Source of the DNA: an uncultured Alphaproteobacteria bacterium | GTDB lineage: Bacteria; Pseudomonadota; Alphaproteobacteria; UBA8366; JADFVY01 | Assembly: GCA_947259795.1 (NCBI GenBank) | Contig: CAMYNJ010000104.1 | Span: forward strand, 2,130 to 66,129 | Direction of reading: 5' to 3' | Length of the DNA stretch: 64,000 nucleotides | In this document: positions 25,539 to 34,174 of the stretch, in pieces | Numbering within the stretch: position 1 is the first letter of the stretch | Layout: each line of letters begins with the position of its first letter | Program-made: the position numbers and the translations under genes | Notes under the pieces: model-generated | What the model saw: only the letters and a program-made list of their open reading frames with translations | Databases searched by the model: none | Told to the model about the DNA's origin: nothing

Positions 25539-26399
25539 TCAGCCCAGTCCGCCTTTTTCGGGCGGCAGCGGCGCCACCGGCATGCCCAGATATTCGGCCT
25601 GCGGCCCGTAAAGCAGTTCCTTCACCCTGTCCGGCCCCAGCTGTTTGACCAGTTGGTCCACCTGCCCGTACAGGGGCAGCGACAGGCCGCCCGCCTGGGC
25701 CAGTTCCAGCGCGATATCCATGTCCTTTTCGTGCCAGGTAAAGCGTGTCGTGTCCCAGCGTTTCAGGGTCGTATTATGGGCCGGGCAGTCGAGCAGGATC
25801 TCGCGCATGCGCTGGGCATCCACACCATAGCGCTTGGCCAGCAGCAGGGTCTCGTAATTGGCCACGCAGGCCGCCCAATGCATCATGTTGTTGCAGGTCT
25901 TGGCCAATTGCCCGGCGCCTACGGGCCCCACATGATGGACCGCACGGCTGTAGCATTTCAGGACCGGCTCGATCCGCGCTATATCCTCCGCCGCGCCGCC
26001 GCAGAGGCTGACCAGGTTGCCTTCCTTCGCGCCCAGCCGCCCGAACACCACCGGCGCGTCGACGAAGCGAATCCCCTTGGCAACGCACTCGGCGCCCAGC
26101 GCGCGCATCACATCCATATGGTTGGTCGCCAGGATGGCGATCGTCAGGTCGCTGTTGCCGCTCGCCAGGATTTCGTGGATGACCGCCTCCGACTGCGCAT
26201 CGGTGGCGACCACGACGAGCGCCAGTTCGGCCCCCGCGATCGCTTCGGCGACGCTGCCGACGGTGGGGATGCCGGCCTTGGCGGCCAGTTTCATCTGTTC
26301 GGCGCTGACGTCGAAGCCGGTCACCTCATGCCCGCCGCGCATTACATGCCCGGCGATGTCTATGCCCATGGCGCCGACGCCGATGATCGCGGTTTTCAT
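25539..26399 (-). CDS. NAD(P)-dependent beta-hydroxyacid dehydrogenase (HIBADH family), paralog 3 of 3
   Basis: The internal start MKTAIIGVGAMGIDIAGHV is preceded by GGGAGAAGAG. It carries GAGQLAKTCNNMMH. Confidence 0.8.
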   Translation of the reverse strand: MKTAIIGVGAMGIDIAGHVMRGGHEVTGFDVSAEQMKLAAKAGIPTVGSVAEAIAGAELALVVVATDAQSEAVIHEILASGNSDLTIAILATNHMDVMRALGAECVAKGIRFVDAPVVFGRLGAKEGNLVSLCGGAAEDIARIEPVLKCYSRAVHHVGPVGAGQLAKTCNNMMHWAACVANYETLLLAKRYGVDAQRMREILLDCPAHNTTLKRWDTTRFTWHEKDMDIALELAQAGGLSLPLYGQVDQLVKQLGPDRVKELLYGPQAEYLGMPVAPLPPEKGGLG

Positions 26400-26440
26400 T
26401 CTCTTCTCCCTGTCTTCTTTCTTTATTGCTGTTGCCCTGC

Positions 26441-26959
26441 CTAAGGCCCCGTCCCCAGCGGCAAGGTGAAGAACCATCCCAGCGCAATGCCAAACAACCC
26501 GGCGAGAAGCGGCATCGCACCGACGGCGGCCAGCCGCATTCGCAGAAACGACAGGCCAAGTAGCGGAATTTCATAAATAAAAATCCGATGGGCCGCGAAA
26601 ATGCTCCATGAGGTGACGAAGGCGATGAGGGCGGGGGTCGAGGCGCCGGCTTGGGCGAACACGGCGGCGATCGAGAAGGCGATCGCCGGTCCCGCCGGCA
26701 CCGCAATGCCGGTGGCCGAGGCGATCACCACAGCGGTCATCCCGGCATCGCTGCCCAGATAGCGGGCGATGAATTCGCTGGGGATCAGCTTGGCGATAAA
26801 GCCGGCCGCGATCAATGCACAGAACATGCGCGGGGCCAAAATCAGAAACTGCTCCAGGGCACGCCGCAGCCCCTGGCGGAAAGTATCGTCGCGGCGGGCC
26901 AGCGCCAGCGCCATCAGGACACCGGCCATGCCGTAGAGGACGACGATGCCGACGCTCAA
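26441..26959 (-). CDS. Half-size permease subunit B (paralog of subunit A)
   Basis: A TTG start at 26959 overlaps the subunit A stop as TTGA. The protein is hydrophobic, with TGIAVPAGPAIAFSIAAVFAQAGASTPALIAFVTSWSIFAAHRIFIYEIPLLG paralleling subunit A. It may belong to the predicted-permease (COG0701-like) type. Confidence 0.55.
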   Translation of the reverse strand: MSVGIVVLYGMAGVLMALALARRDDTFRQGLRRALEQFLILAPRMFCALIAAGFIAKLIPSEFIARYLGSDAGMTAVVIASATGIAVPAGPAIAFSIAAVFAQAGASTPALIAFVTSWSIFAAHRIFIYEIPLLGLSFLRMRLAAVGAMPLLAGLFGIALGWFFTLPLGTGP

Positions 26960-27564
26960 TGCTTGCTCCCCTTGCCGGCGACGAGGTCCACCAGCACCAG
27001 ATCCATTGGCAGCATGCGGGCGATCAGCCCGGCGAGGATCGGCAGCGGCAGGCTGACCAGCAGGCGGGTCAGCGAAAATTCCGCGCCCATCATCGGCACG
27101 TCCCACACGATGATGCGCTGGAAACCCAACATCGACCAGCTGGCGATATAGGCGACCAGGGCGCCACGGTCGGCCCCTGCCCCGCCCAGCACCGCCAGCA
27201 GCGAGAATGCGGCCGACGGCCCGCCCGGCGTCACTATGCCGGCGGCCGCGGCAATGACCAGGCCCTTGATGCCGCTCTCACTGCCGATCATATTCGTCAG
27301 CCTGTCGCGCGGCAGCATTACCCAGATCATACCGGCCACCAGCATCGCCGCGACAATGCGGGGGATGGTCTTCAGCACCATGCCAAGATCGTTCTCGACC
27401 GCCTCATCGAAGGCCTCCGGCCCGATGACCACATAGCAAGCCGTCGCCGAGACGATGGCGAAGATCACGAATCCCCAGAAACTGCGGCCGAAACTACGGC
27501 GCAGCACGGCGCGCAGCCAAGGCTCCTCTTTTTCTTCTGCCTCGCCAGGCCCGTCAATGGTCAT
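26956..27564 (-). CDS. Half-size permease subunit A
   Basis: The start is MTIDGPGEAEEKEE (an alternative lies at 27582). The protein is hydrophobic, with AGIVTPGGPSAAFSLLAVLGGAGADRGALVAYIASWSMLGFQRIIVWDVPMMG. It overlaps the upstream gene's stop. Confidence 0.55.
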   Translation of the reverse strand: MTIDGPGEAEEKEEPWLRAVLRRSFGRSFWGFVIFAIVSATACYVVIGPEAFDEAVENDLGMVLKTIPRIVAAMLVAGMIWVMLPRDRLTNMIGSESGIKGLVIAAAAGIVTPGGPSAAFSLLAVLGGAGADRGALVAYIASWSMLGFQRIIVWDVPMMGAEFSLTRLLVSLPLPILAGLIARMLPMDLVLVDLVAGKGSKH

Positions 27565-27973
27565 GGTCACGCCCTTGGTCATGGTCGTGGTCGTGATGAT
27601 GACGCTTCGCCTCGCGGCGCGCCGGTTCTCCATGCCCGTCCATGAAGGCCTCCATGGCGGCGCGAAAAATATCGGATTCGGGTGGAAGCTGGGCAGCGAG
27701 CATGCCGGCCAGCCGTGCGAATACGACAGCCTGGCCCGCGATGGCATCGGCCCTCGTTCCCTCTGCCGCGGACGCCGTATCCTTCATTGCCCGTACCATC
27801 GTGTCGCGAAACAGGGCGGACATATAGGTGCCGCGACCCTCCGGTTCGGTCAGATCGTGGGGGACTGGCTGGATTTCCTGCGGTGGGACGACCCCATAGC
27901 TCAAGGCAAACCCGGCGAATCGCCGGAAAATCAAATCGTCGAACGCCGTATCTTCTTCTAAATCACCACACAT
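27554..27973 (-). CDS. Hypothetical protein with a His/Asp-rich C-terminal tail
   Basis: The likely start is MCGDLEEDTAFDD at 27973, but the start is uncertain. The protein ends ...FMDGHGEPARREAKRHHHDHDHDQGRDHDH*. No family was recognised. Confidence 0.45.
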   Translation of the reverse strand: MCGDLEEDTAFDDLIFRRFAGFALSYGVVPPQEIQPVPHDLTEPEGRGTYMSALFRDTMVRAMKDTASAAEGTRADAIAGQAVVFARLAGMLAAQLPPESDIFRAAMEAFMDGHGEPARREAKRHHHDHDHDQGRDHDH

Positions 27974-28172
27974 CTCTCTTTTTCCCGCCTTTTGTCCGTC
28001 TATCAGGCCGAATTTTGCCCGGTAATAGTTCCAGCATTTCTCGAACAGCCCGCGCCTGAACAGATTGTTCCGGCAGGCTTCGAATTCCTTGCCTGGAAAA
28101 TAATCAGGGCTCGCCGGTCTGCATGGTCCTCGCTTCCCGCAGGACGGCAACCCCGCCGCCCGTAAATGTTCT

Positions 28173-28688
28173 TCAGGCCCTTAGCGCGGTCAGCATCTCC
28201 GCGACATAGTCCGCGTCCGATGCCACCACCAACATTCTTGCGTTTGGCCTGAGCGTCTCCAGCGTCAACTCGACTTCTTCCGCGGAGGCGCCCGCCTCGA
28301 CGATGATGCCCGTGGTCATGATGCCCCGGGCCGCACAGGACCTGCCGACGATGCCAGCATCGGCAGGGGACTCGCCCGCGCTGGCGATCATCACCACGAC
28401 GTCGGCGCCCGGAAGTTCCTTGCTGAGGCGCGCCACAGCGCCCGACCGATCCCGCAAGTCCAGGTCCAGGGGGATCGAATCCAGTCCCTGCACGCCCTTC
28501 GTCCTGCCAATCAGGGACAGGAAACGTGCGCCGTTCCATGACGCGGTTTCCAGGTCCCTTGTTATTGCCGCGGCCCTGTCGTCCATTGCGACGATCTTCG
28601 AGGTGCGCGGTTTCGAGTTCGGATAGTCTACCCTGTAACGCGCCTCTTCGGCCGTCGCCGCCCTGGCGCAATCACTTGGTGAACTCAT
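28173..28688 (-). CDS. Hypothetical protein (distant resemblance to an FtsZ/tubulin N-terminal domain without GTP-binding loops)
   Basis: 171 aa with coding-like composition. KIVAMDDRAAAITRDL...GARFLSL, LPGADVVVMIASAGESPADAGIVGRSCAARGIMTTGIIV and ARMLVVASDADYV parallel the FtsZ strand/loop order, but the G-box is absent. Confidence 0.45.
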   Translation of the reverse strand: MSSPSDCARAATAEEARYRVDYPNSKPRTSKIVAMDDRAAAITRDLETASWNGARFLSLIGRTKGVQGLDSIPLDLDLRDRSGAVARLSKELPGADVVVMIASAGESPADAGIVGRSCAARGIMTTGIIVEAGASAEEVELTLETLRPNARMLVVASDADYVAEMLTALRA

Positions 28689-28727
28689 CCCGACTCGACC
28701 CTCTCTAGCTCTTTTTGCCCGTGGCGC

Positions 28728-30014
28728 TCAGACCGAAGACTGGCGAACGCCGGGGCGGGCCATAAGATCTTCCTTACACGCGTCCTTGTAGGCCTTGTCC
28801 GGCGGCAGGATCACCGCCGCCGAGCGCACCTTCTGGTGAACCGGATCGACACCCGGCGGCCGGACGCCCTTATCCTTGAGCTCCATCGCCGCCTTACGCA
28901 GACGGTTGCGCGCCATGATGATGCCGTTGTCGGTAGAGACCAGATTTTCCTTGGTGCGGTCGACGATCGGCCCCATGCTTTCCTGTATGGATGCGTCCTG
29001 CATGCCGATTCCCGTGATCCCGGAAAAGGTTTCGCCACGGCGCTGGGCCTCACGGTCCATCAGGTAGTCGTTGTCCTTGTTGGCAGCGGGCCGATATGTG
29101 CCGGGCACATATTTCACATGCACTCCCTTGCCGTCCTGCATGGCCTGGCGTTCCTCGCCCGTCAGCGCGCGGACCGGATGATAGTCGTAGCTCCAGGCCC
29201 AGCAATTATGGTCGTCGATCGGGATCCAGAAATGACCGTGCATGGGATGGTCGCCGCGCGGCGGCACCATGGTGAAGCTGGGCATGACCCAGGGCGTTAT
29301 GCGCCAGTAGTATTTTCCATCTTCGGCGTTGCGGCGGGCGCCGATATAAAGCCCGCCGTCGCTCTCGGTGACCTCGAAGACCGGCATCTTGTCCTGCTGG
29401 TTATACTTGTTGCCGGCGGCGCCCTTGAACAGCGGGTCGCGCTGCAGGTCGCCGCTATGCAGCCAGGAGACGTGACTGGAGTCGATACCGCCTTCCATGG
29501 CCTGCAGCCAGTTGCATTCCTGCAGGCGCTTGGAGGTAAAGGACTGTTCCGCCGGCACCGTCGCGAATTCCCATTCCGGCAGGGGCGGCTGCTGTTCTGC
29601 GGCGCCCATATAGGTCCACAGGACGTCGCCGATCTTAACCAGCGGATAGCCGGCCAGTTTGATTTTCTCGCAAAACCCGCTTTCCGTGGGCTCGGAGGGC
29701 ACCTCGATACATTGGCCGGTCACATCGAATTTCCAGCCGTGATAGGGGCAGCGCAGCCCGTGTTCCTCGTTGCGCCCAAACCATAGAGAGGCGCCGCGAT
29801 GGGGGCAGAATTCGTCGATCAGCCCGTACTTCCCATCGGTGTCGCGGAAGGCAATCAGACGTTCACCAAGCAGCTTGACCCGCACCGGCGGGCAGTCGTT
29901 CTCGGGCAGTTCCTCGGCCAGAAGCGCCGGGATCCAGTACTGCCGGTACATCTCGCCCATGGGCGTGCCGGCATCCGTCTGGGTCAGAAGATCGTTTATT
30001 TCCTTGCGCAGCAT
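28728..30014 (-). CDS. Rieske [2Fe-2S] non-heme-iron oxygenase, phthalate-dioxygenase family (alpha subunit only)
   Basis: The start MLRKEINDLL is preceded by GGGAGGA. The Rieske motif is CPHRGASLWFGRNEEHGLRCPYHGWKF and the iron site is NWLQAMEGGIDSSHVSWLH. Overall it is collinear with phthalate 4,5-dioxygenase-type proteins. No beta-subunit gene is present. Confidence 0.9.
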   Translation of the reverse strand: MLRKEINDLLTQTDAGTPMGEMYRQYWIPALLAEELPENDCPPVRVKLLGERLIAFRDTDGKYGLIDEFCPHRGASLWFGRNEEHGLRCPYHGWKFDVTGQCIEVPSEPTESGFCEKIKLAGYPLVKIGDVLWTYMGAAEQQPPLPEWEFATVPAEQSFTSKRLQECNWLQAMEGGIDSSHVSWLHSGDLQRDPLFKGAAGNKYNQQDKMPVFEVTESDGGLYIGARRNAEDGKYYWRITPWVMPSFTMVPPRGDHPMHGHFWIPIDDHNCWAWSYDYHPVRALTGEERQAMQDGKGVHVKYVPGTYRPAANKDNDYLMDREAQRRGETFSGITGIGMQDASIQESMGPIVDRTKENLVSTDNGIIMARNRLRKAAMELKDKGVRPPGVDPVHQKVRSAAVILPPDKAYKDACKEDLMARPGVRQSSV

Positions 30015-30126
30015 TGCGGTCCTCCCTGTGCGGCTCTTGATCTCGTTTTGCGGTCTGCCTCTGCCAACTGCCTTGTCACGCTTCGCCATATCAGGCGCGG
30101 TGCGAAATTCGGGATTGTTGAAGACT

Positions 30127-30151
30127 GTTCTTGCATGCGGAACGCTGTTCC
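30127..30151 (-). promoter_or_regulatory. Tripartite operator site 5
   Basis: The minus strand reads GGAAC AGC GTTCC GCATGCA AGAAC, between the divergent oxygenase and ferredoxin genes. Confidence 0.65.
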
Positions 30152-30208
30152 CTTATTGAGTTCAGGCTACATCGTATGCTGGATTACGTCAACATGGAGG
30201 CGAGGGGA

Positions 30209-30526
30209 ATGGCGGCTGATGACGCGCGAATGGATCTGTGCGCAACCGGAGACGTGGAGCCCGGAACGGCCATCAAGGTCGAAACCGGGGACCTGTCGCT
30301 GGCGGTCTACAATGTCGAGGGCGAGTTCTTCGTTACCGACGATCTCTGCACACACGGGCCGGGTTCACTGTCGGAAGGCTATCTCGACGGCCATATTGTG
30401 GAATGCGACTTCCACAACGGCGCCTTCGACATCCGCACCGGCGAGGTCGCGGCCCCGCCCTGCATGATTCCCCTGAAAACCTATAAGGTCACGGTAGAGA
30501 ACGGCCGGGTTTATATCGGAACCTGA
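30209..30526 (+). CDS. Rieske-type [2Fe-2S] ferredoxin component of an oxygenase system
   Basis: CTHGPGSLSEGYLDGHIVECDFHNGAFD carries the CxH...CxxH pattern. The protein is about 105 aa. The chosen start is ATG 30209, after GAGGGGA, with earlier ATGs at 30131 and 30194 also possible. Confidence 0.85.
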   Translation: MAADDARMDLCATGDVEPGTAIKVETGDLSLAVYNVEGEFFVTDDLCTHGPGSLSEGYLDGHIVECDFHNGAFDIRTGEVAAPPCMIPLKTYKVTVENGRVYIGT

Positions 30527-30549
30527 CAGCCGGACGCCTCGCCGCGCGG

Positions 30550-31671
30550 TCACGCCGCCGATCTGGGCGGCAGGTCGGGCAATTCCGCCTCATAGGCCGC
30601 TTCCATCCTCGGCTCCAGCCCGTGTTTGGCAAGCGAGTCGGCAAACATGGTACGGATCAGCGGCTTTTCGTCGGCATAGTCGATCTGGTCGCCGCCGATT
30701 CGCATGCTGATCCAGGCCTTGGGTACGCCCTGTGCGTTGCGGACCGACACAGTCTCGTGCTTGAAGGCCAGATAGCGCGCCGGCGTTGTGCCGGTGTTGA
30801 AATGCTGGTGGAACCACATGTTCGGCGGCACGATCATGCTGCCGACCTTCCATTCGTATCGCTTCGGTTCCTCGCCCTCCGGCCACATCAGGCTGTAGCC
30901 CTCGCCACCGAGAATGATGACATGGGCGCCGGGGCCGTGCCGGTGGCATTTCTTGTAGGTGCCCACGGGGAACTGCGAGATGTGGCTGTTCATTGAACCC
31001 TTGGCCATGGCGAAACGGATATGGCCGCCGCCGGCCCCGCGTTCCTTGGCATCGATCAGCGGCAGGTTTACCGCGTCGGCGACGAAATTGGTTTCCAGTA
31101 ACAGGCCCTTCTGTTCGCCCTTGTTGGCGAAATAGTCGGCTTCGCCGTTGAACCGGTTCTTGAAATCGAAGGACGAGTTGAAAATGAAGTCGGTGTCTTC
31201 GTACAAATTCATCACAGGCGGGCAGTTGGTGACCGCGACATAGCGCACCGGCTCCTGTCCGGACCCGTTGAAATGCTGGTGCCAGGCATTCAGCGGAATG
31301 GCGAAGATCGCGCCGGGTCCCCATTCGAACGTGATTTTTGCGCCGGCGTCGTTCCAGACCGCGGTGGAGCCGCGGCCCGAGAGGACCATGATCATTTCCT
31401 CGAAAATCTGCCTTTGCGGCGCCAGTTTGCCGCCCTTAGGGATTTCGCAGACATAGCAATCGTTTGAGGTGCGCGAAGCATCGTGATTGATGAACACCGC
31501 GCTGCCGCCGCGCCTCGCCCAGGGCTTCAATTCGACCGTATTGAGGTCGGGGACGTAATGGGCGCTGATGATGTCCAGGCCTTCGCTCGCCACCCAGCGC
31601 GTATAGGGCGTTTCCTTTTCGGTCGCGAATTTGCTGGCCATCTTGTCTGAAACGATCGCGTCTTTAGCCAT
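30550..31671 (-). CDS. Bicupin protein 1 (HQHFN cupin family; type sometimes labelled ethanolamine ammonia-lyase-activating protein)
   Basis: The start MAKDAIVSDK is preceded by GGAGAA, and the 501-aa ORF-track extension is rejected. The N-terminal barrel lacks HxH (APQRQIFEEMIMVLSGRG ... AWHQHFN). The C-terminal barrel has KKCHRHGPGAHVIILGGEG ... MWFHQHFN. Confidence 0.8.
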   Translation of the reverse strand: MAKDAIVSDKMASKFATEKETPYTRWVASEGLDIISAHYVPDLNTVELKPWARRGGSAVFINHDASRTSNDCYVCEIPKGGKLAPQRQIFEEMIMVLSGRGSTAVWNDAGAKITFEWGPGAIFAIPLNAWHQHFNGSGQEPVRYVAVTNCPPVMNLYEDTDFIFNSSFDFKNRFNGEADYFANKGEQKGLLLETNFVADAVNLPLIDAKERGAGGGHIRFAMAKGSMNSHISQFPVGTYKKCHRHGPGAHVIILGGEGYSLMWPEGEEPKRYEWKVGSMIVPPNMWFHQHFNTGTTPARYLAFKHETVSVRNAQGVPKAWISMRIGGDQIDYADEKPLIRTMFADSLAKHGLEPRMEAAYEAELPDLPPRSAA

Positions 31672-31761
31672 ATGGTTTCTCCATTCTTTACCCATCCGCC
31701 GGGCACCCGCGGCCCGATCAACAGTTGACGCAGAGTATTGCCACACTAAACTCTCGTCAAT

Positions 31762-31786
31762 GGACCGCCGGTCCGTATAGCGGAAC
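31762..31786 (+). promoter_or_regulatory. Tripartite operator site 6
   Basis: GGACC GCC GGTCC GTATAGC GGAAC, in the 138-bp divergent region between bicupin 1 and EutA-like 1. The 18-mer CGGTCCGTATAGCGGAAC is identical to site 7. Confidence 0.65.
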
Positions 31787-31809
31787 ATCAATATTTTTCT
31801 GGAGACCCC

Positions 31810-33552
31810 ATGCCCGATTCCGACGACATGAAGAAATCGCCCGGCCATAAGCTGGAAGACCATTTCTATGGCGATTTCGGTTATCACGAGCACGGGCCTG
31901 ACGCCGACCACGACCATGACGATTTCGAAACGTCGGGATCGATCGAGGACAATCCGATCTGGGTGCAGGACAATGTGACGCTGAAAAGCGTCGGAATCGA
32001 CATCGGGTCGGCGGGTACTCAGGTGGTCTTCTCGCGCATCCATCTGCGCCGCCATGGCGAGGATCTGACCAGCCGCTACATCGTCGTTGAGCGCGAGACC
32101 TTTTTCCAGTCGCCGGTAAGCCTGACGCCTTATTCAAGCGATGTGCGCATCGACGACCGCGCGCTGGGGGAGGTCATCGACGAGGCCTACCGGATGGCAG
32201 GCATGCATCCCGACGACATCGATTCGGGCGTGGTCATCCTGACCGGCGAGGCGCTGCGCCGGGAAAATGCGGAAGGCATCGCGGGTATTCTGGCCGAACA
32301 GGGCGGCGAGTTCGTCTGCGCCACCGCCGGCAACCATATGGAGGCCATGCTGGCGGCCTACGGGTCCGGTGCCGCGCTGGCCAGCCATGAAGAGGGCAAG
32401 CGTATCCTAAATATCGATATCGGCGGCGGCACGACAAAATTGGGCCTTGTCGAGGACGGGCGCGTGCTGGCCACGGCGGCGATCCATATCGGCGGACGCC
32501 TGATCGTCACCGACGAAGAGGGCCGCATCACCCGGCTGGACCCGGCCGGCCGGCATCACGCCAGGCGCGCCGGTTTCGACTGGTCGGTCGGCGATGTCGT
32601 GGCTCCCGGCGATCTCGCCGGCGTTGTCGAGGGCATGACGGACCTGCTGGTCGCCGCAGTAACGCAAGACCCGCCGCCCGAGGAAGTCCTGCGGCTCTAC
32701 CTGACAGATCCTATCGAGGAGTTTGGACCAATCGAAGGAGTAATGTTCTCCGGCGGAGTCGCCGAATATATCTACCAGCGCGAATCGCAATCCTTCGGCG
32801 ATCTCGGTCCCCTGCTCGGCGCGGCGTTGAGGAAGCGGGCCGCTGCCGGCCTGTTGCCCGGCCCGATGATGCCGGCCGGCGAATGCATCCGCGCCACCGC
32901 CCTGGGCGCGTCGGAATACAGCATCCAGCTCAGTGGCAACACCAGCTATATCTCAAACCCGGGCAAGCTGCTGCCCCGGCGGAATGTCCAGGTGCTCAAG
33001 CCCGATCTCGAATTTGCCGAAGAGGTTTCGACGGATGCGGTGGCGAACGCCATTCGCGGCCATTTCACCGCTTTCGACCTGGATGATTCGGATACGGAAG
33101 TGGCGCTGGCGTTCGAATGGACGGGCCACCCGGAATACGGCCGCATAAGGGCTTTCGCCGACGGCATCGCCGAAGGGGTGGCGGAACGGCTGGCGCGGGG
33201 CCTGCAGCTTTACGTCATGCTGGACGGCGATATCGCGCTGACGCTGGGCAATATCCTGCGCGACGAGGTGGGGATCGAAAATGATATCCTGGTGATCGAC
33301 GGAGTGCTCTTGCGCGACTTCGATTATATCGACCTGGGGCGCATTCGGCTGCCGTCGATGACCGTGCCGGTGACCATCAAGTCACTGGTGTTCAGCGACG
33401 ACCCGCGCGGCGCCCACCGGCACGAACGCATCCATCATCACGAGGATGAGCGCCATCACCGCCACGATCACGGTGACGGACACCATCATCACCATCATGG
33501 CGATGGCGACCACCAACATCATCATCACGGCGACAGCGAGAAGAAGGGGTAA
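31810..33552 (+). CDS. EutA-like ASKHA-fold ATPase with His-rich N- and C-terminal extensions
   Basis: It is collinear with EutA: SVGIDIGSAGTQVVFSRI, DSGVVILTGEA, LNIDIGGGTTKLGL, IRATALGASEYSIQLSGNT and VPVTIKSLVF. The N-terminus is HKLEDHFYGDFGYHEHGPDADHDHDD. The C-terminus is HRHERIHHHEDERHHRHDHGDGHHHHHHGDGDHQHHHHGD. Confidence 0.8.
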   Translation: MPDSDDMKKSPGHKLEDHFYGDFGYHEHGPDADHDHDDFETSGSIEDNPIWVQDNVTLKSVGIDIGSAGTQVVFSRIHLRRHGEDLTSRYIVVERETFFQSPVSLTPYSSDVRIDDRALGEVIDEAYRMAGMHPDDIDSGVVILTGEALRRENAEGIAGILAEQGGEFVCATAGNHMEAMLAAYGSGAALASHEEGKRILNIDIGGGTTKLGLVEDGRVLATAAIHIGGRLIVTDEEGRITRLDPAGRHHARRAGFDWSVGDVVAPGDLAGVVEGMTDLLVAAVTQDPPPEEVLRLYLTDPIEEFGPIEGVMFSGGVAEYIYQRESQSFGDLGPLLGAALRKRAAAGLLPGPMMPAGECIRATALGASEYSIQLSGNTSYISNPGKLLPRRNVQVLKPDLEFAEEVSTDAVANAIRGHFTAFDLDDSDTEVALAFEWTGHPEYGRIRAFADGIAEGVAERLARGLQLYVMLDGDIALTLGNILRDEVGIENDILVIDGVLLRDFDYIDLGRIRLPSMTVPVTIKSLVFSDDPRGAHRHERIHHHEDERHHRHDHGDGHHHHHHGDGDHQHHHHGDSEKKG

Positions 33553-33564
33553 GGGCGGGGGAGG

Positions 33565-34173
33565 CTACTTCCGCGCGACGAGGTCTATGAGGGCCGACAT
33601 GCCGACATGGCCTGCGCCTTCGTCGACCTCCTCGTCATATTCCTCGATGGAAAGTTCGGAGAACTCGCCGAAGAATTCCATCAGCAGGTCCCTGGTATAG
33701 AGCTGGTCCAGCTTCTTCGGTCCACCGGTACCGTATTCCAGTTGCTTCGGGCCGTAACCCTCGATCAGCAGCAGGCCGCCTTGCTTCAATGCCTGCTTCA
33801 TGCCGTTGAAGATCGCGGCGCGTTCCGCCGGCGGGGCGAACTGCATGAAGATGCCCACCAGCACGTCATAGGCGTCGACGGGCCAGTCCCAGCCCTGCAG
33901 CAGATCGGCCTGCTCGGTGCGGATCGTTACGCCGCGTTCTTTGGCCAGCGCCTCGGCCTTGGCCAGCGCGGTGGGCGAAAAATCCACCGAATGAACATCC
34001 AGCCCGTGCTCGGCCAGCCAGACGCCGTTACGCCCGTCCCCGTCGGCCACGGACAGGGCTTTCATGCCGGGCCGCAGCCTGTCGGCCTGGCGCGCCAGGA
34101 AGGTGTTAGGCCGGTTGCCGAACAGATAGCCGGGGGCAGAGAATCGCGTTTCCCAGCGTTCCAGTTCGCTCAT
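33565..34173 (-). CDS. Class I SAM-dependent methyltransferase
   Basis: ALSVADGDGRNGVWLAEHGLDVHSVDFS is SAM motif I. The protein is about 200 aa. It starts 1 nt after the tctA stop. Confidence 0.85.
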   Translation of the reverse strand: MSELERWETRFSAPGYLFGNRPNTFLARQADRLRPGMKALSVADGDGRNGVWLAEHGLDVHSVDFSPTALAKAEALAKERGVTIRTEQADLLQGWDWPVDAYDVLVGIFMQFAPPAERAAIFNGMKQALKQGGLLLIEGYGPKQLEYGTGGPKKLDQLYTRDLLMEFFGEFSELSIEEYDEEVDEGAGHVGMSALIDLVARK

Positions 34174-34174
34174 G

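Noticed and set aside
28003-28671. 222-aa minus-strand ORF overlapping the FtsZ-like ORF in another frame
   Set aside because: Its composition is Arg/Gly-rich and implausible. The 28173-28688 frame has balanced composition and higher third-position GC.
30550-32055. 501-aa version of bicupin 1, plus the alternative frame ORF 30590-31324
   Set aside because: The N-terminal 128 codons cross the divergent promoter/operator region and the start of the EutA-like gene. A good RBS and ATG at 31671 gives a 373-aa bicupin comparable to its paralog.
33409-33540. CAT/CAC-rich repetitive stretch that looks like a simple sequence repeat
   Set aside because: It is in frame within the EutA-like gene and encodes the His-rich tail. 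It is not a CRISPR array or an intergenic microsatellite, and no spacer/repeat periodicity is present anywhere in the window.
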